Below are positions 1 to 10,028 of a DNA stretch of 64,000 bases, in pieces. The number at the start of each line of letters is the position of its first letter. Position 1 is the first letter of the stretch. Below the pieces are notes generated by a model. The model did not search any database. It saw nothing but the letters and a program-made list of their open reading frames with translations, and was not told the origin of the DNA. Origin of the DNA: Nitrospirota bacterium (lineage in GTDB: Bacteria; Nitrospirota; UBA9217); assembly GCA_963790205.1 (NCBI GenBank), contig CAWBNQ010000001.1, positions 992,001 through 1,056,000 of the forward strand, read 5' to 3'. Made by a program: the position numbers and the translations under genes.

Positions 1-919
1 CTACCCCCGAACGCTGTCTCGGTCGCTTGATGTCCGATTTCTTGCTTTAGCGCTAAAGGCCGCAGGATTGAACGATGTCAAGAACCGAAACGATCTGCCA
101 CTGGTCACGCAATCCATTCTCCATGCGGTGCGCATCGCATGGCCCTCGAATATCGCTGAACAACGCACCATTGCCGAGGCGCTTTCCGATGCGGATGCCC
201 TCATCGAATCCCTGGAGCAACTCCTCGTCAAGAAGCGCCACCTCAAACAAGGCGCCATGCAGGAACTGCTCACCGGCAACAAGCGCTTGCCGGGGTTCAG
301 CGGGGAGTGGGAGGTGAAGCGGTTGGGGGTGGTTGGTAATTGCCTGCGAGGCGTAACGTATAAAGGTGACAGAGACCTCTCACCATACGACACGCCACAT
401 ACGAAACGTCTACTTCGCTCAAACAACGTTCAAAACGCCACAATTGTGGTCACGGACATTCAATTCGTGAATGACGCACGGGTGTCTGAGAACCAGTTGC
501 TCAGAGACGAAGACATTCTCATCTGCATGGCTAATGGAAGTAAGGCTCTGGTAGGCAAAGCAGGATTGTTTAAGGTGAGTGATGGCTACGAATATACATT
601 TGGGGCGTTTATGGGTTGTTTCCGTTCCAATTCCGTAGAGTCCAATTCTACGTTCGTCTTTTTCCTGTTTCAGACAGGGCGCTACCGAAACTACATCAAT
701 AATCTGCTTGCCGGTTCCAGCATCAACAACCTTAGCCCGAGTAGCATCGAGTCTCTTGAGTTTCCAATTCCAGCACATCCCGAACAAACCGCCATCGCCG
801 CCATTCTCTCCGACATGGACGCCGAGCTTGCCGCGCTGGAAACCAAGCTTGCCAAGGCCCGCAAGGTTAAGCAGGGCATGATGCAGGAATTGTTGACCGG
901 GAGAATTCGGCTGGTATGA
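1..919 (+). CDS. hsdS: Type I restriction-modification specificity subunit (5' truncated by window)
   Basis: Frame open from base 2; two copies of the conserved region (EQRTIAEALSD..KQGAMQELLTG; EQTAIAAILSDMD..KQGMMQELLTG); upstream of hsdR. Confidence 0.95.
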   Translation, partial: YPRTLSRSLDVRFLALALKAAGLNDVKNRNDLPLVTQSILHAVRIAWPSNIAEQRTIAEALSDADALIESLEQLLVKKRHLKQGAMQELLTGNKRLPGFSGEWEVKRLGVVGNCLRGVTYKGDRDLSPYDTPHTKRLLRSNNVQNATIVVTDIQFVNDARVSENQLLRDEDILICMANGSKALVGKAGLFKVSDGYEYTFGAFMGCFRSNSVESNSTFVFFLFQTGRYRNYINNLLAGSSINNLSPSSIESLEFPIPAHPEQTAIAAILSDMDAELAALETKLAKARKVKQGMMQELLTGRIRLV

Positions 920-1773
920 GCGAAAAGAAACCTGACGGAGCGGACGGCGTGCATAGGACTGAGCGGCCTGATCAGCAGGATCAGACGGATCGGACGGGAG
1001 CACTTGCCCGCCCGAGAAGAATCCGTCCGAGCGGCGGGTACCGGAAGCTGCGCTCCTTTCAGACCACCACGGTGATCTACGACGCCACAGTGTCGTTCTG
1101 CGAACGGTTCATGGACAAGCGTTCGCGCACGGTCGACCAGATGGTGCAGGCGGCGCGGAGCGGGCGGCAGAACATCGCCGAGGGCAGCCGGGCGACAGCG
1201 ACCTCTTCGCAGACCGAGCTGCGGCTGATCAATGTCGCCCGGGCCAGCCTTGACGAACTGCTGTTGGACTTCGAGGATTTTCTCCGTCAGCGCGGGCTGC
1301 GGCAATGGGGCAAGGACGATCCGGAGGCGCGGGAAGTGCGGGCGGTGGGTCAAAAGAAAGATCGGTCGGATCAGGCGGATCGGACGGATGGTGAGGCTTA
1401 CTCTCGCTGGCTTGCCGGCAAAGACCCGGCAGTGGTCGCGAACACGGTCATCTGCCTGATCCACCAGGCCAATTATCTGCTGGACCAGCAGATCGCCGGA
1501 CTGGAGCGGCAGTTTGTCGAGGGCGGCGGCTACAGCGAACAATTGGCAAAGGCGAGGATTGAGAAGCGGGAAAAAGATCGGACCGATCCGACGGATAGAA
1601 AAGCCTTAGTCTGCCCGCTCTGCGGGAAGTTGATGGCCCTGCGGACCGCCCGGAAGGGCAAGAGCGTTGGCTCGCAGTTCTGGGGCTGCACGGGTTACCC
1701 GGAGTGCAAAGGGACTATGAGATTGGACGGATCAGGCCGATCTGACCGATCGGACGGAGAAAAGCATGCATGA
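916..1773 (+). CDS. Four-helix-bundle (suffix domain) protein with C-terminal topoisomerase-type C4 zinc finger
   Basis: GGYRKLRSFQ..DQMVQAARSGRQNIAEGS..ARASLDELLLDFEDFLRQ; GGYSEQL suffix; CPLCG..FWGCTGYPEC. Confidence 0.88.
   Translation: MSEKKPDGADGVHRTERPDQQDQTDRTGALARPRRIRPSGGYRKLRSFQTTTVIYDATVSFCERFMDKRSRTVDQMVQAARSGRQNIAEGSRATATSSQTELRLINVARASLDELLLDFEDFLRQRGLRQWGKDDPEAREVRAVGQKKDRSDQADRTDGEAYSRWLAGKDPAVVANTVICLIHQANYLLDQQIAGLERQFVEGGGYSEQLAKARIEKREKDRTDPTDRKALVCPLCGKLMALRTARKGKSVGSQFWGCTGYPECKGTMRLDGSGRSDRSDGEKHA
952..1759 (+). repeat. Four clusters of 9-bp tandem units (GATCRGACG-like) inside the four-helix-bundle gene
   Basis: Clusters at about 952-999, 1360-1389, 1576-1599 and 1721-1759. 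Confidence 0.75.
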
Positions 1774-4700
1774 TGTCGGCAAACCCGAGCGCGCTACGCA
1801 GAACCGCATCATCGCTCTTTTTCGCGATGAGCTGGGCTATCGCTATCTTGGCGACTGGACGGACCGCGAAGGCAACAGCAACGTCGAGGAAGCGCTGCTC
1901 ACGGCCTGCCTGAACAAGCACGGCTACACGCCGGCGCAGATCAGCGTGGCTTTGCACAAGCTGCGCACTGAGGCGGGCCATCACAGCCGCACTCTCTACG
2001 GCAACAATCAGGCGGTTTACAGCCTGCTGCGCTACGGCGTGCCGGTGAAGATAGAGGCGGGCAAGGTCACGGAAACGGTCCACCTCATCAATTGGGGCGA
2101 ACCGGAGAAGAACGACTTCGCCATTGCCGAAGAAGTGACGCTCCAGGGCAACCAGGAGCGGCGGCCGGACCTCGTCCTGTATGTGAACGGCATTGCCGTC
2201 GGCGTACTGGAGCTGAAGAACAGCCGCGTCACCATCGGCGACGGCATCCGGCAATTGCTCTCCAACCAGCAGAAAGAGTTCAACGAGTGGTTCTTCTCAA
2301 CCGTCCAGATCATTTTCGCGGGAAACGATTCGGAGGGGCTGCAATACGGCGCCATCGGCACACCGGAGAAGATGTTCCTCAAGTGGAAAGAGGATGAGCA
2401 GGACAACACCGGCTTCAAGCTCGATAAGTACCTGCGGAAGATCTGCTCCAAGTCGCGGCTCATCGAGTTGATGCACGACTTTGTGCTGTTCGATGGCGGC
2501 ATGAAAAAATTGCCGCGCGTGCACCAGTACTTCGGCATCAAGGCTGCGCAGGAGCATGTGCATCAGAAAAAGGGCGGTATCATCTGGCACACCCAAGGCA
2601 GCGGCAAGAGCATCGTGATGGTGCTGCTCGCCAAGTGGATCCTTGAAAATAATCCGCATGCCCGCGTCGCTATCATAACCGACCGCGACGAGCTCGACAA
2701 ACAGATCGAACGCGTCTTCACCGAGGCGGGCGAGCCGATTAAGCGCACGAGCAGCGGGCGCGACCTGATGAAACAGCTTGGCCAGACCACACCGCGCCTT
2801 TTGTGCTCGCTGGTGCACAAGTTCGGGCGCAAGGACGTGGACGACTTCGAAGCCTTCATCAAGGAGCTGCAAGCGCGGCCCAGTCCAACGGTGGGCGAGG
2901 TGTTCGTTTTCGTGGACGAATGCCACCGCACGCAGAGCGGCAAACTGCACCGGGTGATGAAAGCGATGATGCCTAATGCGGTATTCATCGGATTCACCGG
3001 TACGCCGCTTTTGCTGCAGGACAAAGCAACGAGCCTTGAAGTGTTCGGCAGATACATCCATACCTACAAGTTCAGCGAGGGCGTGGAAGACGGAGTCGTG
3101 CTGGACCTCGTTTATGAGGCGCGGGACATCGACCAGCAGCTCGGTTCCAAAGAAAAGATCGACGCTTGGTTCGAGGCCAAGACCAAAGGCCTCAACGACT
3201 GGCAGAAAGATGAACTGAAGAAAAAATGGGGCACCATGCAGAGCGTGCTCAGCTCCAAGGCGCGCATGGACCGGGTGGTCGCCGACATTGTCTTCGATTT
3301 CAGCGTGAAGCCGCGCTTGTCGAGCGAGCGAGGCAACGCCATCCTTGTGGCCTCCAGCATCTACGAGGCCTGCAAGTATTTCGCTCTGTTCCAGAAGACG
3401 CCGTTCAAAAACAAGTGCGCGGTGGTTACGTCTTACAACCCGCTAGCGAGCGACGTGACGCTTGAGGAGACGGGGGCCAACTCCGAGACCGATAAGCAGT
3501 TTATCTATAGCACCTACACCGAGCTGCTGAAGGATGTCGATGCCAAACCGGGAATGTCGAAAACAGAGACCTACGAGGACCGGGCCAAGGCGCTGTTCAC
3601 CAAGGAACCAATGAACATGAAACTCCTGGTGGTGGTGGACAAGCTCCTCACCGGCTTCGACGCGCCGCCTTGCACCTACCTTTACATAGACAAGTCGATG
3701 CAGGACCACGGCCTTTTCCAGGCTATTTGCCGCGTAAACCGGCTCGATGGCGAGGATAAGGATTTCGGCTTCATCGTAGACTACAAGGACCTGTTCAAGA
3801 AGCTTGTGAACGAAAAGGGGACCGGCGCCTTGCAGGTTTACTCCTCGGAGCTGGACCACAGCGCCGGCGGGGTCGCCCCGGAGGTGCTGATGCAGGATCG
3901 CCTTCATAAGGGCAGGGAGCGCCTTGACACTGCCATTGAAGCGCTTGTCCTGCTCTGTGAATCGGTCAAGCCGCCTAAGGGCGAGCTGGAGCATATCCAC
4001 TACTTCTGCGGCAACACGGAGATCCCCACCGATCTGGAGCAGCGTGAGCCGCAGCGCGCCGCGCTCTACAAGGCGACAGTCGCGCTGGTGCGAGCCTACG
4101 CAAACATCGCTGACGATCTGGAGCCTGCAGGCTACGGCAGTGTCGACATCGGCCGTATCAAGAAACAGCTCGAACACTACCTGAACGTACGCGAGATCAT
4201 CCGCAAGGCGAGCGGCGAGACGCTCGACCTTAAAGCCTACGAGGCCGATATGCGGCACTTGATCGACACCTACATCGAGGCCGCCGAACCGAGGAAGATT
4301 TCGCCTTTCGACAACATGGGCCTGCTGGAGCTGATCGTAAAGACCGGCATAGCCGATGCCATTGCCCGGCAACTCGGCGGACTGAAAGGCAATAAGAACG
4401 CCATCGCCGAGACCATCGAGAACAATGTCCGCAGCAAGATTATCAAGGAACACCTGAGCGATCCCGCATTCTATGAGAAGATGTCGGCGCAGTTGCAGGA
4501 AATTATCGAGCTGCGGAAGGCCAAGGCAATCGAATATGAGGAATATCTGAGGCGCATCGCTGAATTGGCGAAGAGGGTGGGGGCCGGGCATGCCGGGGAT
4601 ATACCTGATCAGCTAAAGAACAGTCCAGCCCTCCGTGCGCTTTACAACAATTTGAAAGTAACTGGTGGATTGGCTGCAAAGGCTGAGCGAGCGGCAGAAG

Positions 4701-4906
4701 CGTCAGCTGAGGGGATGGTATCGAAAGATCCGCTGTTGGTGTTGGCGCTAAAGATCGATGAAGTTGTTAAACGGGACCGCCCGGACGGCTGGCGAGGCGT
4801 TCAGGCCCGTGAGCAGGTTATCAAACAGTCATTGTATAATATATTGGAAGATGTGGCCGAGGTTGAGCGTATCTTCCTGATTGTCAAAGCGCAGGGCGAA
4901 TATTGA
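1766..4906 (+). CDS. hsdR: Type I restriction endonuclease subunit R
   Basis: RPDLVLYVNG..ELK nuclease motif; HTQGSGKS Walker A; DECHR; FTGTP; LLTGFDAP; QAICRVNR. Confidence 0.97.
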   Translation: MHDVGKPERATQNRIIALFRDELGYRYLGDWTDREGNSNVEEALLTACLNKHGYTPAQISVALHKLRTEAGHHSRTLYGNNQAVYSLLRYGVPVKIEAGKVTETVHLINWGEPEKNDFAIAEEVTLQGNQERRPDLVLYVNGIAVGVLELKNSRVTIGDGIRQLLSNQQKEFNEWFFSTVQIIFAGNDSEGLQYGAIGTPEKMFLKWKEDEQDNTGFKLDKYLRKICSKSRLIELMHDFVLFDGGMKKLPRVHQYFGIKAAQEHVHQKKGGIIWHTQGSGKSIVMVLLAKWILENNPHARVAIITDRDELDKQIERVFTEAGEPIKRTSSGRDLMKQLGQTTPRLLCSLVHKFGRKDVDDFEAFIKELQARPSPTVGEVFVFVDECHRTQSGKLHRVMKAMMPNAVFIGFTGTPLLLQDKATSLEVFGRYIHTYKFSEGVEDGVVLDLVYEARDIDQQLGSKEKIDAWFEAKTKGLNDWQKDELKKKWGTMQSVLSSKARMDRVVADIVFDFSVKPRLSSERGNAILVASSIYEACKYFALFQKTPFKNKCAVVTSYNPLASDVTLEETGANSETDKQFIYSTYTELLKDVDAKPGMSKTETYEDRAKALFTKEPMNMKLLVVVDKLLTGFDAPPCTYLYIDKSMQDHGLFQAICRVNRLDGEDKDFGFIVDYKDLFKKLVNEKGTGALQVYSSELDHSAGGVAPEVLMQDRLHKGRERLDTAIEALVLLCESVKPPKGELEHIHYFCGNTEIPTDLEQREPQRAALYKATVALVRAYANIADDLEPAGYGSVDIGRIKKQLEHYLNVREIIRKASGETLDLKAYEADMRHLIDTYIEAAEPRKISPFDNMGLLELIVKTGIADAIARQLGGLKGNKNAIAETIENNVRSKIIKEHLSDPAFYEKMSAQLQEIIELRKAKAIEYEEYLRRIAELAKRVGAGHAGDIPDQLKNSPALRALYNNLKVTGGLAAKAERAAEASAEGMVSKDPLLVLALKIDEVVKRDRPDGWRGVQAREQVIKQSLYNILEDVAEVERIFLIVKAQGEY

Positions 4907-5622
4907 TGGCGACGAAGCTTCAGCTTGGTGACATAGCGGTGGATGTGGTGCTGAAGGACATCAAGAACATCCATCTCAGCGTTAACCCCCCAACAGGCCG
5001 GGTGCGGATTTCCGCGCCATCACGCATGAGCCTCGACACGATCCGGGTGTTCGCCATTTCCAAGCTTGACTGGATCAGACAACAGCAGCGGAAGCTCCGC
5101 GAGCAGGAACGAGAAACGCCCCGCGAATATCTAGACAGGGAGAGCCATTATGTCTGGGGAAAGCGTTATCTGCTCAAGGTGATTGAATGGGATGAGGCGC
5201 CCGCGGTAGAACTCAAACACAGGCAAATACACTTGCGAGTCCGTCCGCGCAGCAGTGACGAAAAGAAGCAGGCCATTGTCGAAGAATGGTATCGCATGCA
5301 GATCAAGCAGACTGTGCCCAAGCTGATTGCCAAGTGGGAGCCGCTCCTTCGCGTGAAGGTAGCGCGGTTCTTTGTCCAAAAGATGAAAACGAAATGGGGA
5401 AGCTGCAGCCCCGAGGCAAAGAGTATCCGTCTCAATACTGACCTGGCAAAAAAACCGCCAGAATGTCTTGAATACATTGTTGCGCATGAGATGATTCATT
5501 TGCTGGAGCCGACGCATAATAGCCGCTTCATGACTTTGATGGAGCAGTTTATGCCTAATGGGCGGTTTTACCGCGCCGAGTTAAATAGATTGCCGGTTAG
5601 GCACGAGGATTGGCATTATTGA
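4903..5622 (+). CDS. M48/YgjP (DUF45)-like zinc metalloprotease family protein
   Basis: MKTKWGSC..HEMIHLLEPTHNSRF; usual position after hsdR. Confidence 0.9.
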   Translation: MMATKLQLGDIAVDVVLKDIKNIHLSVNPPTGRVRISAPSRMSLDTIRVFAISKLDWIRQQQRKLREQERETPREYLDRESHYVWGKRYLLKVIEWDEAPAVELKHRQIHLRVRPRSSDEKKQAIVEEWYRMQIKQTVPKLIAKWEPLLRVKVARFFVQKMKTKWGSCSPEAKSIRLNTDLAKKPPECLEYIVAHEMIHLLEPTHNSRFMTLMEQFMPNGRFYRAELNRLPVRHEDWHY

Positions 5623-5816
5623 AAAATCAGGGTCCACAGCGGGGCTGATGACAAGAGGCTATATCTTGGGGCCAAGTTTATAATCGTAGATTTTGTCTTT
5701 TCGCGGGAGATTGCGGGGGACCTGGGGTCACGCGGAGGGGCGTTTCGTTGTCCCTGACGTAGTTATCGCGTGCATGACCTGGCGCATAGGGAGTTGATGA
5801 AAGGCAGAGAAGCATG

Positions 5817-6209
5817 CTAAGGCTTGCCGACAGGCTCCGGCTTATCTTTTTTCTTATTTGCCAGTTCCATAAAGGAAATGGTGGGCAGCATCATTGGCGA
5901 CCAGGGGCCGCGACCCATGAGGGTCAGCAAAAACTCTCGCGCTGCGCTGTAGAGGATCGATGAGCCCGTTACTCTGACCATGTCGGCCGCGGGTATCGTC
6001 GTCATGGATGGATCAACGTCAAAGAACCCCACCAGTATTAAAGATATGTCATAGGGGAGAGGCCGCTCGTCGAGCGGCTCCGTTTTAATATCGAGCGTGA
6101 CCTGAAATTTATGCGGATTTTCCTTATGCGTTCCGTCCCGCGTACAATCGTTTTGCGCACTAGGTCGATTTCCGGGGGACCGCGGGTTTCTTTTCCTTTT
6201 TGGCGGCAT
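5817..6209 (-). CDS. SecB-like chaperone, N-terminus uncertain or truncated
   Basis: PYDISLILVGFF..GSSILYSAAREFLLTLMGRGPWSPMMLPTISF resembles the SecB C-terminal half; no convincing start. Confidence 0.65.
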   Translation of the reverse strand: MPPKRKRNPRSPGNRPSAQNDCTRDGTHKENPHKFQVTLDIKTEPLDERPLPYDISLILVGFFDVDPSMTTIPAADMVRVTGSSILYSAAREFLLTLMGRGPWSPMMLPTISFMELANKKKDKPEPVGKP

Positions 6210-6501
6210 CAGGTCGCCTAACATCGACATTATCGGCGACGACGTGGATGTGTACCTTTCCGTTGAGCGCTCTGGTGAGACGGACCATGGAATCGATAGT
6301 GAAATTGACATCGCCTTTAAAGACTTTTGTCACGTACGCCTGACTGTTTTTAAGAGCGCGTGCCACGTCCGCTTTGGTCTTACCCCGTTGTTTCATGAGT
6401 TGAAAGAGGTCAGAGGTAAACTCCAGTATCGCCTTGCTTGTCCAGTAGGTGTCTTTTGTTTTCGCTGATTCAAACAGCGCGTCGAGAGATTTCTTTTTCA
6501 T
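6160..6501 (-). CDS. XRE-family HTH protein (HigA-like antitoxin)
   Basis: MKQRGKTKADVARALKNSQAYVTKVFKGDVNFTIDSMVRL; GGGGAA RBS before ATG at 6501. Confidence 0.85.
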   Translation of the reverse strand: MKKKSLDALFESAKTKDTYWTSKAILEFTSDLFQLMKQRGKTKADVARALKNSQAYVTKVFKGDVNFTIDSMVRLTRALNGKVHIHVVADNVDVRRPDAAKKEKKPAVPRKST

Positions 6502-6529
6502 CGTTTTATTCCCCATCATTAATCGGTAC

Positions 6530-6558
6530 ATTATATTAACCTATAGGTTAATAGTCAA
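6530..6558 (-). promoter_or_regulatory. Sigma70 promoter TTGACT-N17-TATAAT overlapped by perfect palindrome TATTAACCTATAGGTTAATA (6534-6553)
   Basis: Read directly from sequence; 29 nt upstream of the HTH start. Confidence 0.85.
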
Positions 6559-6715
6559 GGGGAATTACGCGTTTATTTTTTATAGCCTGGAACTCCTCTA
6601 CTTCATACGGCTTTAGGAAAAACACGGTAAATGACGAGATTTTTTTAGGCCGGGAAAAAATTCATCGGGGTTTGTAACGGGTGCGTCTCGGATCGCAACG
6701 TCATAGCGAACATCG

Positions 6716-8647
6716 CTATTCGCCTCTCAATCCCTCGAAAAATTTCCTGAACTCTTCCCGTTCATCGGTGATCCGGCACTTCGGGATCGATTTCAGGAAC
6801 CACTTTCCGTAATTCTTCGTCATGATGCGCGAATCGAGCACGGCAACCGCTCCACGATCGGTTTTCGTGCGGATGAGCCTGCCGAAGCCCTGCCGGAAGA
6901 GGAGCGTTGCCTGCGGGACTTGATACTCGAAGAACGGGTTTTTCAAGAGCTCCATCCGCGCCTCGACGATGGGGTCGTCGGGCACGGCGAACGGAAGTTT
7001 GGCAATGACCACACATTGCAGCGCGTCGCCGGGGATATCGATGCCCTGCCAGAACGACGCGGTCCCCAGAAGGACCGTGTTCGGGACCGCTTTAAACTGT
7101 TCGACCAAACGATACGCCGGCATCTCGCCCTGGCAGAGAACGCCGAGCCCGGGCAGCTGCTGCCTCAGCGTCTCGGCGCTTTTCCTGAGCTGGCCGTAGC
7201 TCGTAAAGAGCACAAGCGTCCTTCCCTTGGCGATGGACAGCACTGCCTTTAGTTCCCCGTCGAAATTTTCCTGGTATCCGGAGGCTTGCTGGTCTTCAAG
7301 CCCCGAAGCGATGTAGAGCATGGCCTGCTCCTCGAAATCAAAGGGCGAGTCGAGGAGCAGCTCCGTGGGCGCGTCGAGCCCGAGTCTGTTCCTGATGTAC
7401 GTGAACGTTCCCGCGGACGAGAGTGTGGCGGAGGTGAGCACCACAGTGTCCTTGCCCCCGAAGAGGTTTTTCCGCAGCGTCTCTGCCACGTCGATGGGCG
7501 AAGCAACGAGGCGATAGCGCGTATTCTCGCGCTCGGCCCAGTACACGAAGCCCTCTTCCTTCTGGCCGAGGTTCATGCGCACCGCGCCGGCGAACGCCTG
7601 GGCCCGCGAGGCGAAGGCCTTCACCTCGAGCTCTTCTTCATGCGTCTCCACCTCGAGTTCGAGGAGCGCGTCCCGGAGCTCAAGCAAAGGATCGCTCAGG
7701 AGGTCGGGGACGATGTTCGCCTTCCTCACCCGGAGCACGGGCTCCTTTTGCACGAAGGGGTGAAGGTTCAGGAAAAAATTGTCCGCAATGACCCGCAGCC
7801 CGTCGACCATGCCGCGGATGAGCTGCACCTCGTGCCCCTGCGACCTGACGCGCGTGAGCATGCCCTTGCGCGTACGTTGGGAGAGGAGCGTGTCGAGAAG
7901 GTAGCGCACCGAGGCATTCGAGACCTCGACGCCGAGGTAGTCCGTGGCCACGTCTTCGACCTGGTGCGCCTCGTCGAAGACCACGGCTTTGTGAACGGGG
8001 AGGACGTTCCCTCCGGTGGCCATGTCCGCGAAAAAAAGATGGTGGTTTGCCACGAGGATGTGGGCCTGCTGCTCCACTGATTTGGCCTTCAGGTAGAAAC
8101 AGTCCCTGTAATACGAGCAGTCCCTGCCGAAGCAGAGGTCCGCCTGGCGGCAGGCCTTGGCCCAGAGAGCGGGTGACGGCTCGATATCGAGGTCGCTCCG
8201 GAGTCCGGTGCGCGTCTTTGTGGACCATTCGAAGATCCGGTTCAGCGCTCCTACCTCGTTCTGTTCGTAGAGGTCGGCCATGCGGAGCTGGTCGAACCTC
8301 CTGAGGCAGAGGTAGTTCTCGCCGCCCACGCAGAGGGCGTAGCGGAAATCGCCGAGCACTTTTTTCAGAAACGGCAGGTCCTTGTCCACGAGCTGCTGCT
8401 GGAGCGCTTTCGTGTACGTAGCGACCACCACGCGCTGGTTCTCGTTGCGCGCCCAGACAATTGCGGGCACGAGATAGGCCAGGCTCTTGCCCACGCCGGT
8501 GCCGGCCTCAACAATGAGATGGGCCTTCGCGCCAAGGGCCTTCTCCACGGCCCCGGCCATTTCGATCTGCTGGGGACGGTGCTCGTAGGCGACGCGCATG
8601 GCCTGCGCGATCATGCCCGTTTCGCCGAAGATCTTGAGTGCATTCAT
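6716..8647 (-). CDS. DinG/YoaA-family ATP-dependent DNA helicase
   Basis: EAGTGVGKS, Fe-S cysteines, DEAH, TSATL, FWQGIDIPG, QGFGRLIR. Confidence 0.95.
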   Translation of the reverse strand: MNALKIFGETGMIAQAMRVAYEHRPQQIEMAGAVEKALGAKAHLIVEAGTGVGKSLAYLVPAIVWARNENQRVVVATYTKALQQQLVDKDLPFLKKVLGDFRYALCVGGENYLCLRRFDQLRMADLYEQNEVGALNRIFEWSTKTRTGLRSDLDIEPSPALWAKACRQADLCFGRDCSYYRDCFYLKAKSVEQQAHILVANHHLFFADMATGGNVLPVHKAVVFDEAHQVEDVATDYLGVEVSNASVRYLLDTLLSQRTRKGMLTRVRSQGHEVQLIRGMVDGLRVIADNFFLNLHPFVQKEPVLRVRKANIVPDLLSDPLLELRDALLELEVETHEEELEVKAFASRAQAFAGAVRMNLGQKEEGFVYWAERENTRYRLVASPIDVAETLRKNLFGGKDTVVLTSATLSSAGTFTYIRNRLGLDAPTELLLDSPFDFEEQAMLYIASGLEDQQASGYQENFDGELKAVLSIAKGRTLVLFTSYGQLRKSAETLRQQLPGLGVLCQGEMPAYRLVEQFKAVPNTVLLGTASFWQGIDIPGDALQCVVIAKLPFAVPDDPIVEARMELLKNPFFEYQVPQATLLFRQGFGRLIRTKTDRGAVAVLDSRIMTKNYGKWFLKSIPKCRITDEREEFRKFFEGLRGE

Positions 8648-9014
8648 CAGGTTGACAGATTAACACAGCAGGGGCCGGAAAGCAAATGTCAGGTTCATTC
8701 ATGAAAAAATTCGGGAGACAATATATCACTATGGCCGCAGAGACAGGGACGAAAGTTAAAATTTCAAAATCAAAATGTCAAATCAAACCTCAATCGGCCA
8801 ATGCCATCTGATTTGCAAAGCTTTGTCATTTATTCTCCGTGTTGCTGCAGGCTTTGCCAACAAATTATATTTCTAACCGGGTGAACCGCCGTGGTTGCAT
8901 AACACGACAACACCGGGTTTCAAGCAACTCGAACTTGTATTACCCGGTTTTTTTTGGGTTTTTCCCGCCTTTTCCTTGCGCAAATCTTGTTGTTGTGTTA
9001 CTATAACACCTCGT

Positions 9015-10028
9015 ATGCGGACGGTGATTAAGCTCATTATTTTGTGTCTCCTGATGCTGCCCGCACCGGCCTTGCCCGCGGAAAATGGACTGACGGTCAA
9101 GGGGGTGCGGTATTTTTCCTATGCCTCCTTTACCCGTATTGTATTCGAGGTCGAGGCGGCCGCGCCCTACGTCCTTACCAGGGCCACGGATGGCCAGAGC
9201 CTCCTGCTCTCCGCCTACGATGGGACCTTTACGCTCAAGTCACCGCTGCCGTCGGTCCGGGACAGTGTAGTGAGCGGCGTGGAAAAGAAAGAAGACGCCG
9301 GCAGGACCGTTGTCGTCATCCGCCTTGACGCGACTGCCGGCGAAGTGAAGGATTTCGTGCTCCGCGGACCGGACCGGATCGTGGTGGATATCGCCAACGG
9401 CGCGGCCCTTGCTCCCGTACCGCAGCCGGGCAGGCCCGTGGTGGTCGCACTCGATGCCGGCCACGGAGGGAACGACACGGGCATTGTAACGGCGCAGGGC
9501 CAGGAGAAGACGATCACGCTGGAACTGGCGCAGGCAATAAAAAAAATCCTGCAGAAGGACCCCCGCGTGCAAGTGGTCCTGACCAGGGAAAAAGACCTGG
9601 CGCTTTCGCTCAACGAGCGCGCAGCTGCCGCGAACATTGCGGGGGCGTCGGTTTTTGTGAGCATCCACGTTGCTCCGGGAACGAACGACCGGATCTACAT
9701 TCAGGACCCCGGCGAAGACATGGGTGCGCAGGCAGTGCAGCCCATGAGCAGAAATTTCCTCAGCTTCGAAGCCGGCAACGAACAGCGGGAGATGCTCTGG
9801 GGCAGACAGCAGGCCGCGCATGCCCAGGAGAGCAACGCACTCGGCCGCCAGCTCGCGCGGCAACTCAACGGCAAGGACAACGCGCAGCCCTTGCAGGCGC
9901 CGCTCGCGGGCTTGAAGGCAGTTGATGCGGCGGCGGTCATGATCGAGGTCGGGGCGGGGTGCGACCGCGCAAAGGCCGTTGAGGCCGCTGCAAAAGGGAT
10001 CGAGCAGTATGTCCGAGAGAATCGATAG
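9015..10028 (+). CDS. N-acetylmuramoyl-L-alanine amidase with AMIN-like domain
   Basis: Signal peptide; TRIVFE/PDRIVVD AMIN motifs; LDAGHGG, EK, SIH, IEVG zinc-amidase motifs. Confidence 0.9.
   Translation: MRTVIKLIILCLLMLPAPALPAENGLTVKGVRYFSYASFTRIVFEVEAAAPYVLTRATDGQSLLLSAYDGTFTLKSPLPSVRDSVVSGVEKKEDAGRTVVVIRLDATAGEVKDFVLRGPDRIVVDIANGAALAPVPQPGRPVVVALDAGHGGNDTGIVTAQGQEKTITLELAQAIKKILQKDPRVQVVLTREKDLALSLNERAAAANIAGASVFVSIHVAPGTNDRIYIQDPGEDMGAQAVQPMSRNFLSFEAGNEQREMLWGRQQAAHAQESNALGRQLARQLNGKDNAQPLQAPLAGLKAVDAAAVMIEVGAGCDRAKAVEAAAKGIEQYVRENR

Noticed and set aside
916..1773. Diversity-generating retroelement (Avd-like four-helix protein)
   Set aside because: No reverse transcriptase or template/variable repeat pair in the window
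3443..4591. Long antisense or alternate-frame ORFs (also 14793-16085, 20891-22456, 28156-29643, 34843-35817)
   Set aside because: Shadows of GC-rich genes on the opposite strand with no motifs
8873..8955. ACCGGGT/ACCCGGT stem plus T-tract upstream of the amidase as a riboswitch or attenuator
   Set aside because: Loop too long for a typical terminator and no recognisable aptamer
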